In this document: one piece after another, positions 34,427-42,754 of the stretch | Position numbering within the stretch: position 1 is the first letter of the stretch | Layout of the letters: the number at the start of each line of letters is the position of its first letter | Origin: Alphaproteobacteria bacterium | Lineage (GTDB): Bacteria; Pseudomonadota; Alphaproteobacteria; JANQMY01 | Direction of reading: 5' to 3' | DNA: 64,000 nucleotides | Assembly: GCA_965227095.1 (NCBI GenBank) | Contig: CBDDFL010000001.1 | Location: 3,039 to 67,038, forward strand | Translations under genes and position numbers: made by a program | The notes under the pieces: generated by a model | The model's input: the letters and a program-made list of their open reading frames with translations, nothing else | Told to the model about the DNA's origin: nothing | Databases searched by the model: none

Positions 34427-34448
34427 CATTTGGGTATCTCCTTTTTGC
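34427..34448. repeat. Inverted copy of the RBS/start region of the 34618 gene
   Basis: CATTTGGGTATCTCCTTTTTGC matches the reverse complement of 34599-34620 (GCAAAAAGGAGTAACCCAAATG) at 20 of 22 positions. The minus-strand ATG here opens only a 16-codon ORF. Confidence 0.85.
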
Positions 34449-34617
34449 TCACTGATGTGGATCGCACGGGGTCGGTCCGGCCGTGCCCTCCGCTTGCGCT
34501 TCGGCAAGCACAAATACGGCTTCCACGCCTTTGGCGCGGACCCTCCGCATTTGCGCTTGCGACCGGGCCTCTTGCCCCCGTGCTGTGAGATCCCCATCGC
34601 AAAAAGGAGTAACCCAA

Positions 34618-34824
34618 ATGACCAACCACTACGTCGCCACCGTCCCCGTCAAGTTCACCGACAATGACGGCCAGGAACGCACTCGCTTCCAGCGCGTGGG
34701 TGCCATGTTCCGCAACACTCGCAACGGGGATGGCTCGGAGTTCTTCAGCCTCAAGCTCGACTTCCCGGTCGCGGTTTCGGAGCTGGTGATGTTCCCGCCG
34801 AGTTCGAAGGAACCGCAGGAGTAA
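34618..34824 (+). CDS. Small conserved-looking protein (possibly DUF736-related)
   Basis: MTNHYVATVPVKFTDNDGQERTRFQRVGAMFRNTRNGDGSEFFSLKLDFP. Strong RBS AAAGGAG and a terminator directly downstream. Confidence 0.55.
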   Translation: MTNHYVATVPVKFTDNDGQERTRFQRVGAMFRNTRNGDGSEFFSLKLDFPVAVSELVMFPPSSKEPQE

Positions 34825-34840
34825 ATCCTCTGACGAGGAT

Positions 34841-34868
34841 GGGCCGCCATCAGGCGGCCCTTTCCCTG
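34841..34868 (+). terminator. Rho-independent terminator
   Basis: GGGCCGCC-ATCA-GGCGGCCC followed by TTTCCCTGTT. Confidence 0.6.
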
Positions 34869-35130
34869 TTCCAGGGACGCCGTCACCGGCGGGGTTGATC
34901 GCCGGTGGCGACCCCCAAGTATCGGTCGCTGCGCGCTCAAAGGTCGAACGCCGCCAAGATCAAAGGGATCGCGACAGAGCAGCCAACCAGCCTCAAGGGG
35001 GCCATCCCCAAAAACAGCCAGGCCGGGCCTGACGGTTTTTGCGGCAGAGATTTGGCCAAGCCAAATCTGGCCTCCCTTGACCCTGTCTGTCAGCCCTGTC
35101 GATGGGGTTTGCGCCTGCCCGCGTTTCCGT

Positions 35131-36831
35131 CCGAACACATGCCAGACCGTGTGAAAACGGCGGCCTTCTGGCCGCGAATACGGAGAACGATCGGTCTTTG
35201 GATATATCGTGTGGAAATGGGCTTTGAGTGGCCTAACGTCGGCCAGCAGAGGCTATTGAGGGCGTGACAGGGCCAGCCGCGCATTTTCTGGCGCCGAAAC
35301 AGTCGCAGGTTGGTTGCCTACACCCGTGCTGCTTGGATTAGGGTCGGCACTCCGACCAATGTGATCGCCCGGCGGATGTTGTAGGCGAGCGCCGTTAGGC
35401 TGAACTCGCCACGGACGTTATCCAGACGGCGTGTCAAAAACGCGCCTTGACCCATCCATTGCTTGATGGATCCGAAGGGGTGCTCGACGGTCTCGCGGCG
35501 CTGATCGAGCGCTTCGGGGCGGGCGGCAAGGCGCTCAGCCATACGTTCTAAAACCTCTTCGTTTTCATATCGCGAAACAGTTCGAGCCTCACTTCCGGTA
35601 CATCGCGGCTTGAGCTGGCACTGCTTGCAGGCGCGGTAGTTGCGATATTTCTGCTCGAAAACACCATCTCGGACGTAAAGCTTTTTCCCATTCGGGGGGA
35701 GGGTCTGACCGCCGGGGCAGGTGTAGCGGTCTGCCGTCGCGTCGTATTGAAATCGCTCTTTGACAAACAAATTTCTACTCGCGGCAGCCCCACGCCGCGG
35801 CCTTGGGACGATTGGAAAGGCGCTCCCTGCTTCGCTGGCCTCGATATCCTCGATCGCGAAATACCCCTTGTCCGCGACCACATTGATGCGCTCAACATCC
35901 AGCGCCTCGCGTGCCGCAACCGCGGTCGTTGCGAGCAGCCCAAGGTCGCTTACCTTGGAATGAACTTGTTGCTCAGCGATCAACTTGTGCTTCACATCCA
36001 CGGCGATCTGGATGTTATAGCCAACGCCAACGCGCGTGTTGCGATCCATGGCGCGGGCGTCAGGGTCGGTCAGAGACAGTTGGTCCGCGCCGGTCTCCTC
36101 CAGTTCTTTTTGATGGCCGATCAGCCGTTCGCGCCGCGCCTTCATAGCTTCGATTTTCTTGGAAATATCCTCCTTCGACGCGATATCAGCGTTACCGTCA
36201 TCCTCTGCATCTGCATTGTTGAGGGAGGTGAGATAATGTTCCAATCGCTTGTCGATCAGAGCCAAATCGCGCTTGAGCGAAGCTTTGGTGAAATTCTTGC
36301 CACCGTTGTTCACCGCCTTGATCCGTGTCCCGTCCACAGCCAGCAGCTCGCGCCCGAAAAGATCAAGGTCTCGGCACAGCCGAACAAACTGCCGGAAGAC
36401 GTTCCGAAATGCTGATCGATTATCCTTCCGGAAATCGGCTATTGTTTTGAAATCCGGCTTTAGATGCCGCATCAGCCAGATCACCTCAAGATTGCGGTGC
36501 GCTTCGGCCTGCAGACGGCGGCTTGAACGCACCCGGTTTAAGTAACCGTAGATGTAGAGTTTGAGCAGGTCAGCCGGATCGTAACCTGGTCGGCCGGTCG
36601 ACTTGGGCATCGCCCGCGCGAACCCAGCTGCAGCGAGGTCAAGCCCGTCAACAAAGGCATCGATAAACCGCACTGGATTGTTTGGGCCAACGTAGTCTTC
36701 AACGCGCTCCGGCAAAAGCAACGCTTGCGAACGTGGTGTTCCGGTCATGTATCTCATGCCTCAGCATACTCCACAAACGCCGCAACAGGAATCCCAAGCC
36801 GCCGTTTTCACACGGTCTGATGCGTGTTCGG
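35131..36831 (-). mobile_element. IS1182-family insertion sequence
   Basis: Imperfect 33-bp terminal inverted repeats: CCGAACACATGCCAGACCGTGTGAAAACGGCGG at 35131-35163 and its inverted partner at 36799-36831 (29 of 33 match). They flank a single DDE transposase gene. Confidence 0.8.
35318..36757 (-). CDS. IS1182-family transposase
   Basis: 479 aa. The N-terminus QALLLPERVEDYVGPNNPVRFIDAFVDGLDL...GRPGYDPADLLKLYIYGYLNRVRSSRRLQAE is typical of IS1182/IS5-like transposases. Confidence 0.9.
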   Translation of the reverse strand: MRYMTGTPRSQALLLPERVEDYVGPNNPVRFIDAFVDGLDLAAAGFARAMPKSTGRPGYDPADLLKLYIYGYLNRVRSSRRLQAEAHRNLEVIWLMRHLKPDFKTIADFRKDNRSAFRNVFRQFVRLCRDLDLFGRELLAVDGTRIKAVNNGGKNFTKASLKRDLALIDKRLEHYLTSLNNADAEDDGNADIASKEDISKKIEAMKARRERLIGHQKELEETGADQLSLTDPDARAMDRNTRVGVGYNIQIAVDVKHKLIAEQQVHSKVSDLGLLATTAVAAREALDVERINVVADKGYFAIEDIEASEAGSAFPIVPRPRRGAAASRNLFVKERFQYDATADRYTCPGGQTLPPNGKKLYVRDGVFEQKYRNYRACKQCQLKPRCTGSEARTVSRYENEEVLERMAERLAARPEALDQRRETVEHPFGSIKQWMGQGAFLTRRLDNVRGEFSLTALAYNIRRAITLVGVPTLIQAARV

Positions 36832-37018
36832 CCAGACCCTCGGGCGGGGCTGGAGAAGGGGACCCATTGGACAGGTGGGTTCCTTGATGGTGAGGGAGGC
36901 AGGGCCTCGCACCTTTGGTGCTCGGCGTGAAGCGGAATACAAGGCTGCGGAGACCAGAAGCAACATAAGTATATTATTGACAGTCTGGTATAGTATCGTA
37001 TGGTGGGGCAGCCTTGTA

Positions 37019-37568
37019 TGAAGTTGGCAGGAAAGGTTGGGACCACTTGTGTCGTCCAGTCCGGAAGCGGGTCGCCACCAAACCCAAAGATTGCTTGCAT
37101 CGGATCACCGAACACAACCGTTGGAATTGCGTTCGCGAGGCCAGAAGTGATCAGGTGTTGGCTCACCGAACAGTCTTGGTACTCATCGACCAAGACCCGC
37201 GAATACGTTGCGGCAATCTCTGAATTGATGGCCCCAGATGCACATAACCCACCAACCGCGTTTTGCACTGCGGTGTAGTTGGGCGCATTTTCCGGATCAT
37301 GCAGGTATCCTGCTCGCTCCGGAAACATGGAGATAATTGTCAGTGCCCAGCCCGCAATCGTATTGAGCCTGTAGTTGGACGCTGGCACGCCATCTCGATG
37401 CAACCTCTGCCTTAGCGCGGCAACGCCAGCGGTGGTGTGGGTAAGGACCAGGACCGGCTTACCTTCTGCCTGAACAATGGTCTTTGCGATCAACTCGGTC
37501 TTGCCGCATCCTGCGGGAGCTATGACATGCCCGCGTTGCGCCTGAAGTATGTCGGGTACGCCAACCAC
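37019..37568 (-). pseudogene. gajB: UvrD-like helicase (GajB-like), 3-prime truncated
   Basis: Walker A APAGCGKT, Walker B VLVDEYQD and motif III VVFGDPMQAIFGF are present. Helicase-like sequence stops after about 183 codons and the ORF then reads through unrelated DNA into the IS1182 end. Confidence 0.7.
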
Positions 37569-37574
37569 CTGAGT

Positions 37575-39359
37575 TTACACACCGACAGGGGAATTCGCTG
37601 GTTGCGCTGTCGGCGATGTGCTGATCCATTGCCAAAGCGAATTCAGGGGTGCCGCGAAAATTGCATCTGTATTTTGCCAAGCCGGGGCAATGACTTCCCT
37701 CAACGCCCGTTCAGCAGGCTCAATGTCTTTGAACCATTTGCCATCGCCAGCGCATTGCCCCAACACAGGTCGCATTACATCGACAAAGTGATCTCGGCAT
37801 TGCTGTAGATTGTATTGACCGTTGCTCGCGTGACGGATTTTTCCATCAATGGAGTCTTCAGATCGCCATGCGCAGGCAATTGAAAGAAGCCCTGGTATCT
37901 GCGCCGCGGGTACTGATGCGAAGATTGCAGCTTCGGTGGAATACCCATCTTGCCACCGGAACACAGAAATGCCGTAGGCTGCCAATTCCGCATATCTCGC
38001 GGCATCGTAGGCGACATCGGAGTCCATGAACAAAGCGGTTCGATAACCCATACGCGCAAAGATTTTAGCACGTTCCATCATAGTTGAGCCGCCACCATCG
38101 GCCCAGTGGCAACCGTTTGCTAGCAAACTCCTCTGATCAAGGCTTTGCCGCCACAAATCCAACCCTCGGATTACGCCAATCTCTGTCTTCCCCTCACAAA
38201 CAATGACACTCGGTGCGAGAAAGGCGTCTGCGCACGCCCTCAGCGTCTTCTGAGCGTCTTCAGATTCCCCAAGTGGGAACACAGCATTGGAAGTCGTCTT
38301 TGTTGCAGGCTGAATGAGTTCACCGTTATTAACCACGGCGGGTGTAGTGGTGCGCGTCGCCCGCACTGCATGTAACTGAATTGACGATAGCTCACGCAAT
38401 ACAACTGGCGAGTGTGTTGTCAAAAAGACTTGCTGCGAAGCATCGTTTGATTTTGCACCGAGCGAATCAAGCAAGCGTATAATCCGGTAGGGTTCCAAGC
38501 CAAACTCTGCTTCGTCAATGATCGAGATACTTGATTGACCTGCGACCTTTTGAAGTCCTGCGACGAGCAAGCGCATGGAACCGGAACCAAGATTCTTGAG
38601 CGGAACCTGATCTTCGTCGTGAAGGGCAATTGCACCCCCTGAAAACGTTACCCCTTTTACGTCCAATAGGGCATTCACCTGCTCAACGGGGATTCCCATG
38701 TTGTTGGCGATGGTTCTGGAGGTCGCCAGCACTTCATCGACGCCATCACATCCCTGCTCTGCAAAAGCCTGCCGGGCTTGTCTGGATGCAGCCGCCAAAG
38801 CGGCTGACGCCTGTGTCTTGTCGGAAGAGAGCTTCCCGAGCACGGATCGCGGGCCCAGAGCCATATGGTGTGATGCCACGGTGCCGAGCCGTGTTGGCGC
38901 AACTAGCTGCCGATGCTTCCATTGAAGGTTCCGCTCACGGCCCTCGGCTGATGGGCCTTCAGAAAACAGCAACCATTGCGGCTCCAAATCGTTCCTTACA
39001 ATCAACCGAACAGTCAACACCGTTTCCAGCGCTGCGGATGTCTCGTTGTGAATAGCCCCGGTCTGCGGGTCCCAACCTCGCAGAAAGTGGCCGTATGCCT
39101 CTAGGTTTAGCAACTCATCGGGAAGAGCTCCCAGTGTCACATCGATCACAATTGGCTCACCAACCAGGCATCTGTGGAAGTCAGCATCGGTAAAGACAAT
39201 GCTCTGTCTAGTCCCCAAGGTGAGTTCTATTGCATCGAGAATGGTCGATTTTCCGCCGTCTCCCGGCCCAATCAAGCAATTGATGCCTGGGTTCGGCCAC
39301 CACTTTAGTGCCTTGATGCCTCGAAAATTGGAGATCGAAATTTCTCGGATGACAGTCAT
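37575..39359 (-). CDS. gajA: OLD-family ATPase/Toprim nuclease (GajA-like, class 2 OLD)
   Basis: ISISNFRGIK...GPGDGGKSTILDAIE (Walker A), IIDEAEFGLEP, LTTHSP, a C-terminal Toprim (VIVCEGKTEIG) and MDSDV. Immediately upstream of a UvrD-like gene. Confidence 0.8.
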   Translation of the reverse strand: MTVIREISISNFRGIKALKWWPNPGINCLIGPGDGGKSTILDAIELTLGTRQSIVFTDADFHRCLVGEPIVIDVTLGALPDELLNLEAYGHFLRGWDPQTGAIHNETSAALETVLTVRLIVRNDLEPQWLLFSEGPSAEGRERNLQWKHRQLVAPTRLGTVASHHMALGPRSVLGKLSSDKTQASAALAAASRQARQAFAEQGCDGVDEVLATSRTIANNMGIPVEQVNALLDVKGVTFSGGAIALHDEDQVPLKNLGSGSMRLLVAGLQKVAGQSSISIIDEAEFGLEPYRIIRLLDSLGAKSNDASQQVFLTTHSPVVLRELSSIQLHAVRATRTTTPAVVNNGELIQPATKTTSNAVFPLGESEDAQKTLRACADAFLAPSVIVCEGKTEIGVIRGLDLWRQSLDQRSLLANGCHWADGGGSTMMERAKIFARMGYRTALFMDSDVAYDAARYAELAAYGISVFRWQDGYSTEAAIFASVPAAQIPGLLSIACAWRSEDSIDGKIRHASNGQYNLQQCRDHFVDVMRPVLGQCAGDGKWFKDIEPAERALREVIAPAWQNTDAIFAAPLNSLWQWISTSPTAQPANSPVGV

Positions 39360-39669
39360 AATTCACCTCTAACATACTGGGACAGTAGCATGTTTACCTC
39401 TTGCCCTAAAGTTGTGTTTGGATGCCCTTTTGCAAGCGATTCAGTCCATAGGAATGAAGCGGTTGTTGGATAGTCGGGGTCGAAGGGCCGCTTCGTACCG
39501 CCGAGCAGAAGTTTGGCAGTTTTTTGGGAATGCAGCCGCAGCGAAAGTCCGGAATGACGAGCCGCAGTGCAGCGGCGAGAGATTTCTCCCGAGGTCCGGT
39601 AATGGGATGTACCGGCTGCTTCACCCAGCAGGTTAGGCTTTGCCTATTTCTGCACACAGGAGAAGTAGC

Positions 39670-40728
39670 ATGGCGAAGGACTCAATTGATGAGCTGATGT
39701 CGATTGGCATCGATATTGGCAAAGACACATTCCACATCGTGGCATTCGACCCCGACGGGCAATTGGTGATGCGCAAGCAGATCAAACGATTGGCGCTTGT
39801 TGCGACGTTTGAGAAACTGCCCCGTTGCGTGGTCGGCATGGAGGCGTGCCTCAGCGCTCATTTTGTCAGCCGAACGCTCCGCAAGATGGGCTTCGAACCG
39901 CGGATCATTCCCGCGATCTACGTGAAGCAGTTCACCAAAGGACAGAAGAATGACTACAACGACGCGGAGGCGATAGCTGAAGCAGCATTGCGACCCAATC
40001 TGCCGGTTGTCCCCGAGAAGAGCCAAGAACAGCTCGACTTGCAGGCGCTACATCGCGTTCGGTCACGGCTCGTGTCGCGACGCACGGCGACGATCAACCA
40101 GATCCGCGCATTCCTGATCGAACAGGGCATTACGGTTCGCAAAGGTTTGCGGGCTCTGAAGAACTCATTCGAGACGATCCTGGAAGAGCGAAAGGATGAG
40201 ATATCGCCGCGCATGCGGACCATCCTGATTGGGCTTTACGGTGATTGGCTCTGGCTTGATGATCGGATCGAAACCGTCTCCAAAGAGATTGAGTTGATCA
40301 GTCGAACCGAAGAGAACTGCGTAAATGTCATGACTATTCCCGGCATTGGCCCGATGATTTCGACGGCGATGGTTGCTGCCATTGGCACGGGGGAGGCGTT
40401 TGGCCGAGGCCGCGACTTCGCCGCTTGGGTTGGGCTTGTGCCTCGACAGTTCAGCACAGGCGGGCGAACGGTCCTTGGGCGCATCACCAAACGGGGCAGT
40501 CGATACTTGCGGATGCTCTTCGTTCAGGCCGCAAAAGTCATTCTGATGCGCACAAATAGATGGCCAGACTTCAGCTTTGGGGATTGGCTCGCCAAAGCGG
40601 CGGAACGGATGAATCGCAACAAACTGGCGGTCGCTCTGGCCAACAAGCTGGCGCGCATGGCTTGGAGTATCTTGCGGAATAAGACGGCGTTCGACGCCAA
40701 CAGAGACGAGATTGCCATCGGCGTCTAA
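39670..40728 (+). CDS. IS110-family transposase (DEDD RuvC-like plus Ser C-terminal domain)
   Basis: IGIDIGKDTFHIVAFD, VGMEACLSAHF, KNDYNDAEAIAEAA, IPGIGPMISTAMVAAIG and ITKRGSRYLRMLF. Start chosen at MAKDS after AGGAGAA. Confidence 0.9.
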   Translation: MAKDSIDELMSIGIDIGKDTFHIVAFDPDGQLVMRKQIKRLALVATFEKLPRCVVGMEACLSAHFVSRTLRKMGFEPRIIPAIYVKQFTKGQKNDYNDAEAIAEAALRPNLPVVPEKSQEQLDLQALHRVRSRLVSRRTATINQIRAFLIEQGITVRKGLRALKNSFETILEERKDEISPRMRTILIGLYGDWLWLDDRIETVSKEIELISRTEENCVNVMTIPGIGPMISTAMVAAIGTGEAFGRGRDFAAWVGLVPRQFSTGGRTVLGRITKRGSRYLRMLFVQAAKVILMRTNRWPDFSFGDWLAKAAERMNRNKLAVALANKLARMAWSILRNKTAFDANRDEIAIGV

Positions 40729-40970
40729 TACACCGAGGCAATCCAAAGGAGTTCGCGACTGAAAGAAAGCATGGAACGGAACGATTACGCCCCCAGAGTC
40801 TGACGGCCCAAACGGTCATCATGGACCTTGCCGGTAATGAGATCACGGCGCGTGCGTAACCCCAACAAGGCCACGACCCGCGTGTCGATCAGTAGGCCGG
40901 ATACATATGAGCGACTTCCGAGAACATGCGAGAAATCATTTGCGAACAGCAGCCGGTACATACATTTGGG

Positions 40971-41070
40971 CCGTCACCGTCACCGTCACCGTCACCGTCA
41001 CCGTCACCGTCACCGTCACCGTCACCGTCACCGTCACCGTCACCGTCACCGTCACCGTCACCGTCACCGT
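40971..41070. repeat. Perfect hexanucleotide microsatellite (CCGTCA)n, about 16.7 copies
   Basis: Uninterrupted CCGTCA units from 40971 to 41070. The virB6-like stop codon (41064-41066) is supplied by the first repeat unit on the minus strand. Confidence 0.98.
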
Positions 41071-42140
41071 CGGCCAAGTCGACCCAGTCTCGCCAGCTGC
41101 GCCAGCATTTTTGACCCCGAGTCTGCGGATCCTGTGCCTCCTGCGGAACCCGTCTGCCCCATGCCTTGCCTCACGGGCATCTGCTGCACGCCGAAGAACT
41201 GCCGCGCCCTGAGGGCTGCGTATTCTGCGCCACTTGCGCCTCCGATCAGGTAGCGATTGTAGGCCTGCTGGCTGCCCACGGCGGCGCGGGCAAAGCTGTA
41301 GCCGCCGCCGAGACCACCGGAGAGGGCGGGCATCATAATATTTCCGGAGATCGCGCGGACGATGAAGGGCGTGGCAATGATGAAGCCCTTGGCCATGAGC
41401 ACCATCATGAAGAAGGGAATGAGCGCGCCGATGTTTGAGGCTCCCTCCGGGTCGCCGAGTTCGCCGATGAGGGCAGAGGAGACGCCCGTGATTGTCGCGA
41501 ACACACCGGCCACGACTATGGGGTAGAGCGCGAAGGAGACCAGCGCCGACAGCCAGCGCGCGAAGTAGTCCTTGGTGACCTCGAAGAGGGTCAGGAAAAT
41601 CATCACCGGTGCGATCCCGATCAGAAGTGCGATCATCAGGCGGGATGCCACGAGGATAAAGGCGGCCAAACCGCCCAGGATCGAGAGCAAGAGGACCCCG
41701 ACAATGTCGAGCATGGCGCCGGCCATCCAGTTCAGCTCAGACCCGGCGGCGTTGAGATAGTCCCCTAGTTCCGCGATCAGCCGGTCAAACTCTTCGGCGA
41801 AAGTTCCAGAAGGGCCAGGAGTTCCACCACCGACCGAAGCCACGAGCGCCCCCGCAATGCTGTCGATCCCGGCCAGGATAGCGGAAGAGAGGGCGTTGAA
41901 CTGCACCCAGTTGGTCGCGAATATTCCGATCAACCCGATCTTGACCGCGAGCCAGAAGGCCGTGCGCCCGTCCATCGCTTTGTACTGGTAGATCATGTTC
42001 AGGAAGACGAGGATCACCACGAGCGTTGTTCCCAGGACGAGAAGCGTGCCGACCGTTGCCGCGACCGACCCGAACTGGGTTTCTGCGGCGGTGTCGAGAT
42101 AGCCCTGGGAGGTTTCAACGAAGTAGGTGACGACGCTCAT
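41064..42140 (-). CDS. virB6: T4SS VirB6/TrbL-like polytopic membrane protein
   Basis: 358 aa with multiple hydrophobic helices and a Gly/Ser-rich C-terminal tail. Located in the virB cluster. Confidence 0.75.
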   Translation of the reverse strand: MSVVTYFVETSQGYLDTAAETQFGSVAATVGTLLVLGTTLVVILVFLNMIYQYKAMDGRTAFWLAVKIGLIGIFATNWVQFNALSSAILAGIDSIAGALVASVGGGTPGPSGTFAEEFDRLIAELGDYLNAAGSELNWMAGAMLDIVGVLLLSILGGLAAFILVASRLMIALLIGIAPVMIFLTLFEVTKDYFARWLSALVSFALYPIVVAGVFATITGVSSALIGELGDPEGASNIGALIPFFMMVLMAKGFIIATPFIVRAISGNIMMPALSGGLGGGYSFARAAVGSQQAYNRYLIGGASGAEYAALRARQFFGVQQMPVRQGMGQTGSAGGTGSADSGSKMLAQLARLGRLGRR

Positions 42141-42146
42141 CGTGGA

Positions 42147-42563
42147 TCAGCCTTGCCAATTGCCTGCGGCTTCGCAGATGGCCTTGGCGGCAGGGCGGGC
42201 AGCGTTGGCGCGCCGATTGTTGGCGTCCGAAGCTTCCAGCATTTCCCAGCGTTCATCACTGGCGTGGCGCTCACGAAACACCGCTTCGGCCTCGTCCCAG
42301 GTTGGGAACCGGGTTTCACAGTCACAGCTTTCGATCTCGACGATCCGCTCGAGATTCTGGGCGCGATAGATGTCCTGAACCAGAACCCGCTGATAGGCTT
42401 GGCGCAGGGGGATCTCCTGCATCCAGACGGGCTCGGCGGGCCGGTCCGGACAGACGTCAAAGCTGCGATCGAGGGTTGGCACTAGGTTGCGCTCGGCAAC
42501 GGCGAAGGTAGGCGTCAGGCTTAGGGCCAGCGCGGCCAAGGCGAGGTGCTGCGCCTGCCTCAT
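42147..42563 (-). CDS. Secreted hypothetical protein in the T4SS operon
   Basis: Signal-peptide-like N-terminus MRQAQHLALAALALSLTPTFAVA. Contains four Cys. Confidence 0.5.
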   Translation of the reverse strand: MRQAQHLALAALALSLTPTFAVAERNLVPTLDRSFDVCPDRPAEPVWMQEIPLRQAYQRVLVQDIYRAQNLERIVEIESCDCETRFPTWDEAEAVFRERHASDERWEMLEASDANNRRANAARPAAKAICEAAGNWQG

Positions 42564-42754
42564 GCCGTGGCTCCGGCTGGTGTGGTCTCACGCTTCAGGA
42601 AGACCGTGTGTCCCACATTGGCGAATTCCGAGGGGCTGATCGAGACGACCTCCCAGCCTTCTGCACCTTTCGCATTCAGGGTGCTCTTCATATCGGCAAG
42701 GCTGGTTTTGCGGGTCATGGGGAAGCTGAGAATGTCATATTCAAAGGTCTTCAT
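42560..42754 (-). CDS. DUF4177-like small protein
   Basis: FEYDILSF...LNAKGAEGWEVVSISP...VFLKRE fits the DUF4177 pattern. Overlaps both neighbours by 4 nt. Confidence 0.55.
   Translation of the reverse strand: MKTFEYDILSFPMTRKTSLADMKSTLNAKGAEGWEVVSISPSEFANVGHTVFLKRETTPAGATA

Noticed and set aside
35548-36545. ORFs overlapping the IS1182 transposase gene on both strands
   Set aside because: They lie within or antisense to a complete, recognisable transposase ORF.
40828-41253. ORFs reading (HR)n, (VT)n, (SP)n and (DG)n across the hexanucleotide repeat
   Set aside because: All four are frame artefacts of the microsatellite, with no credible start context or flanking protein-like sequence.
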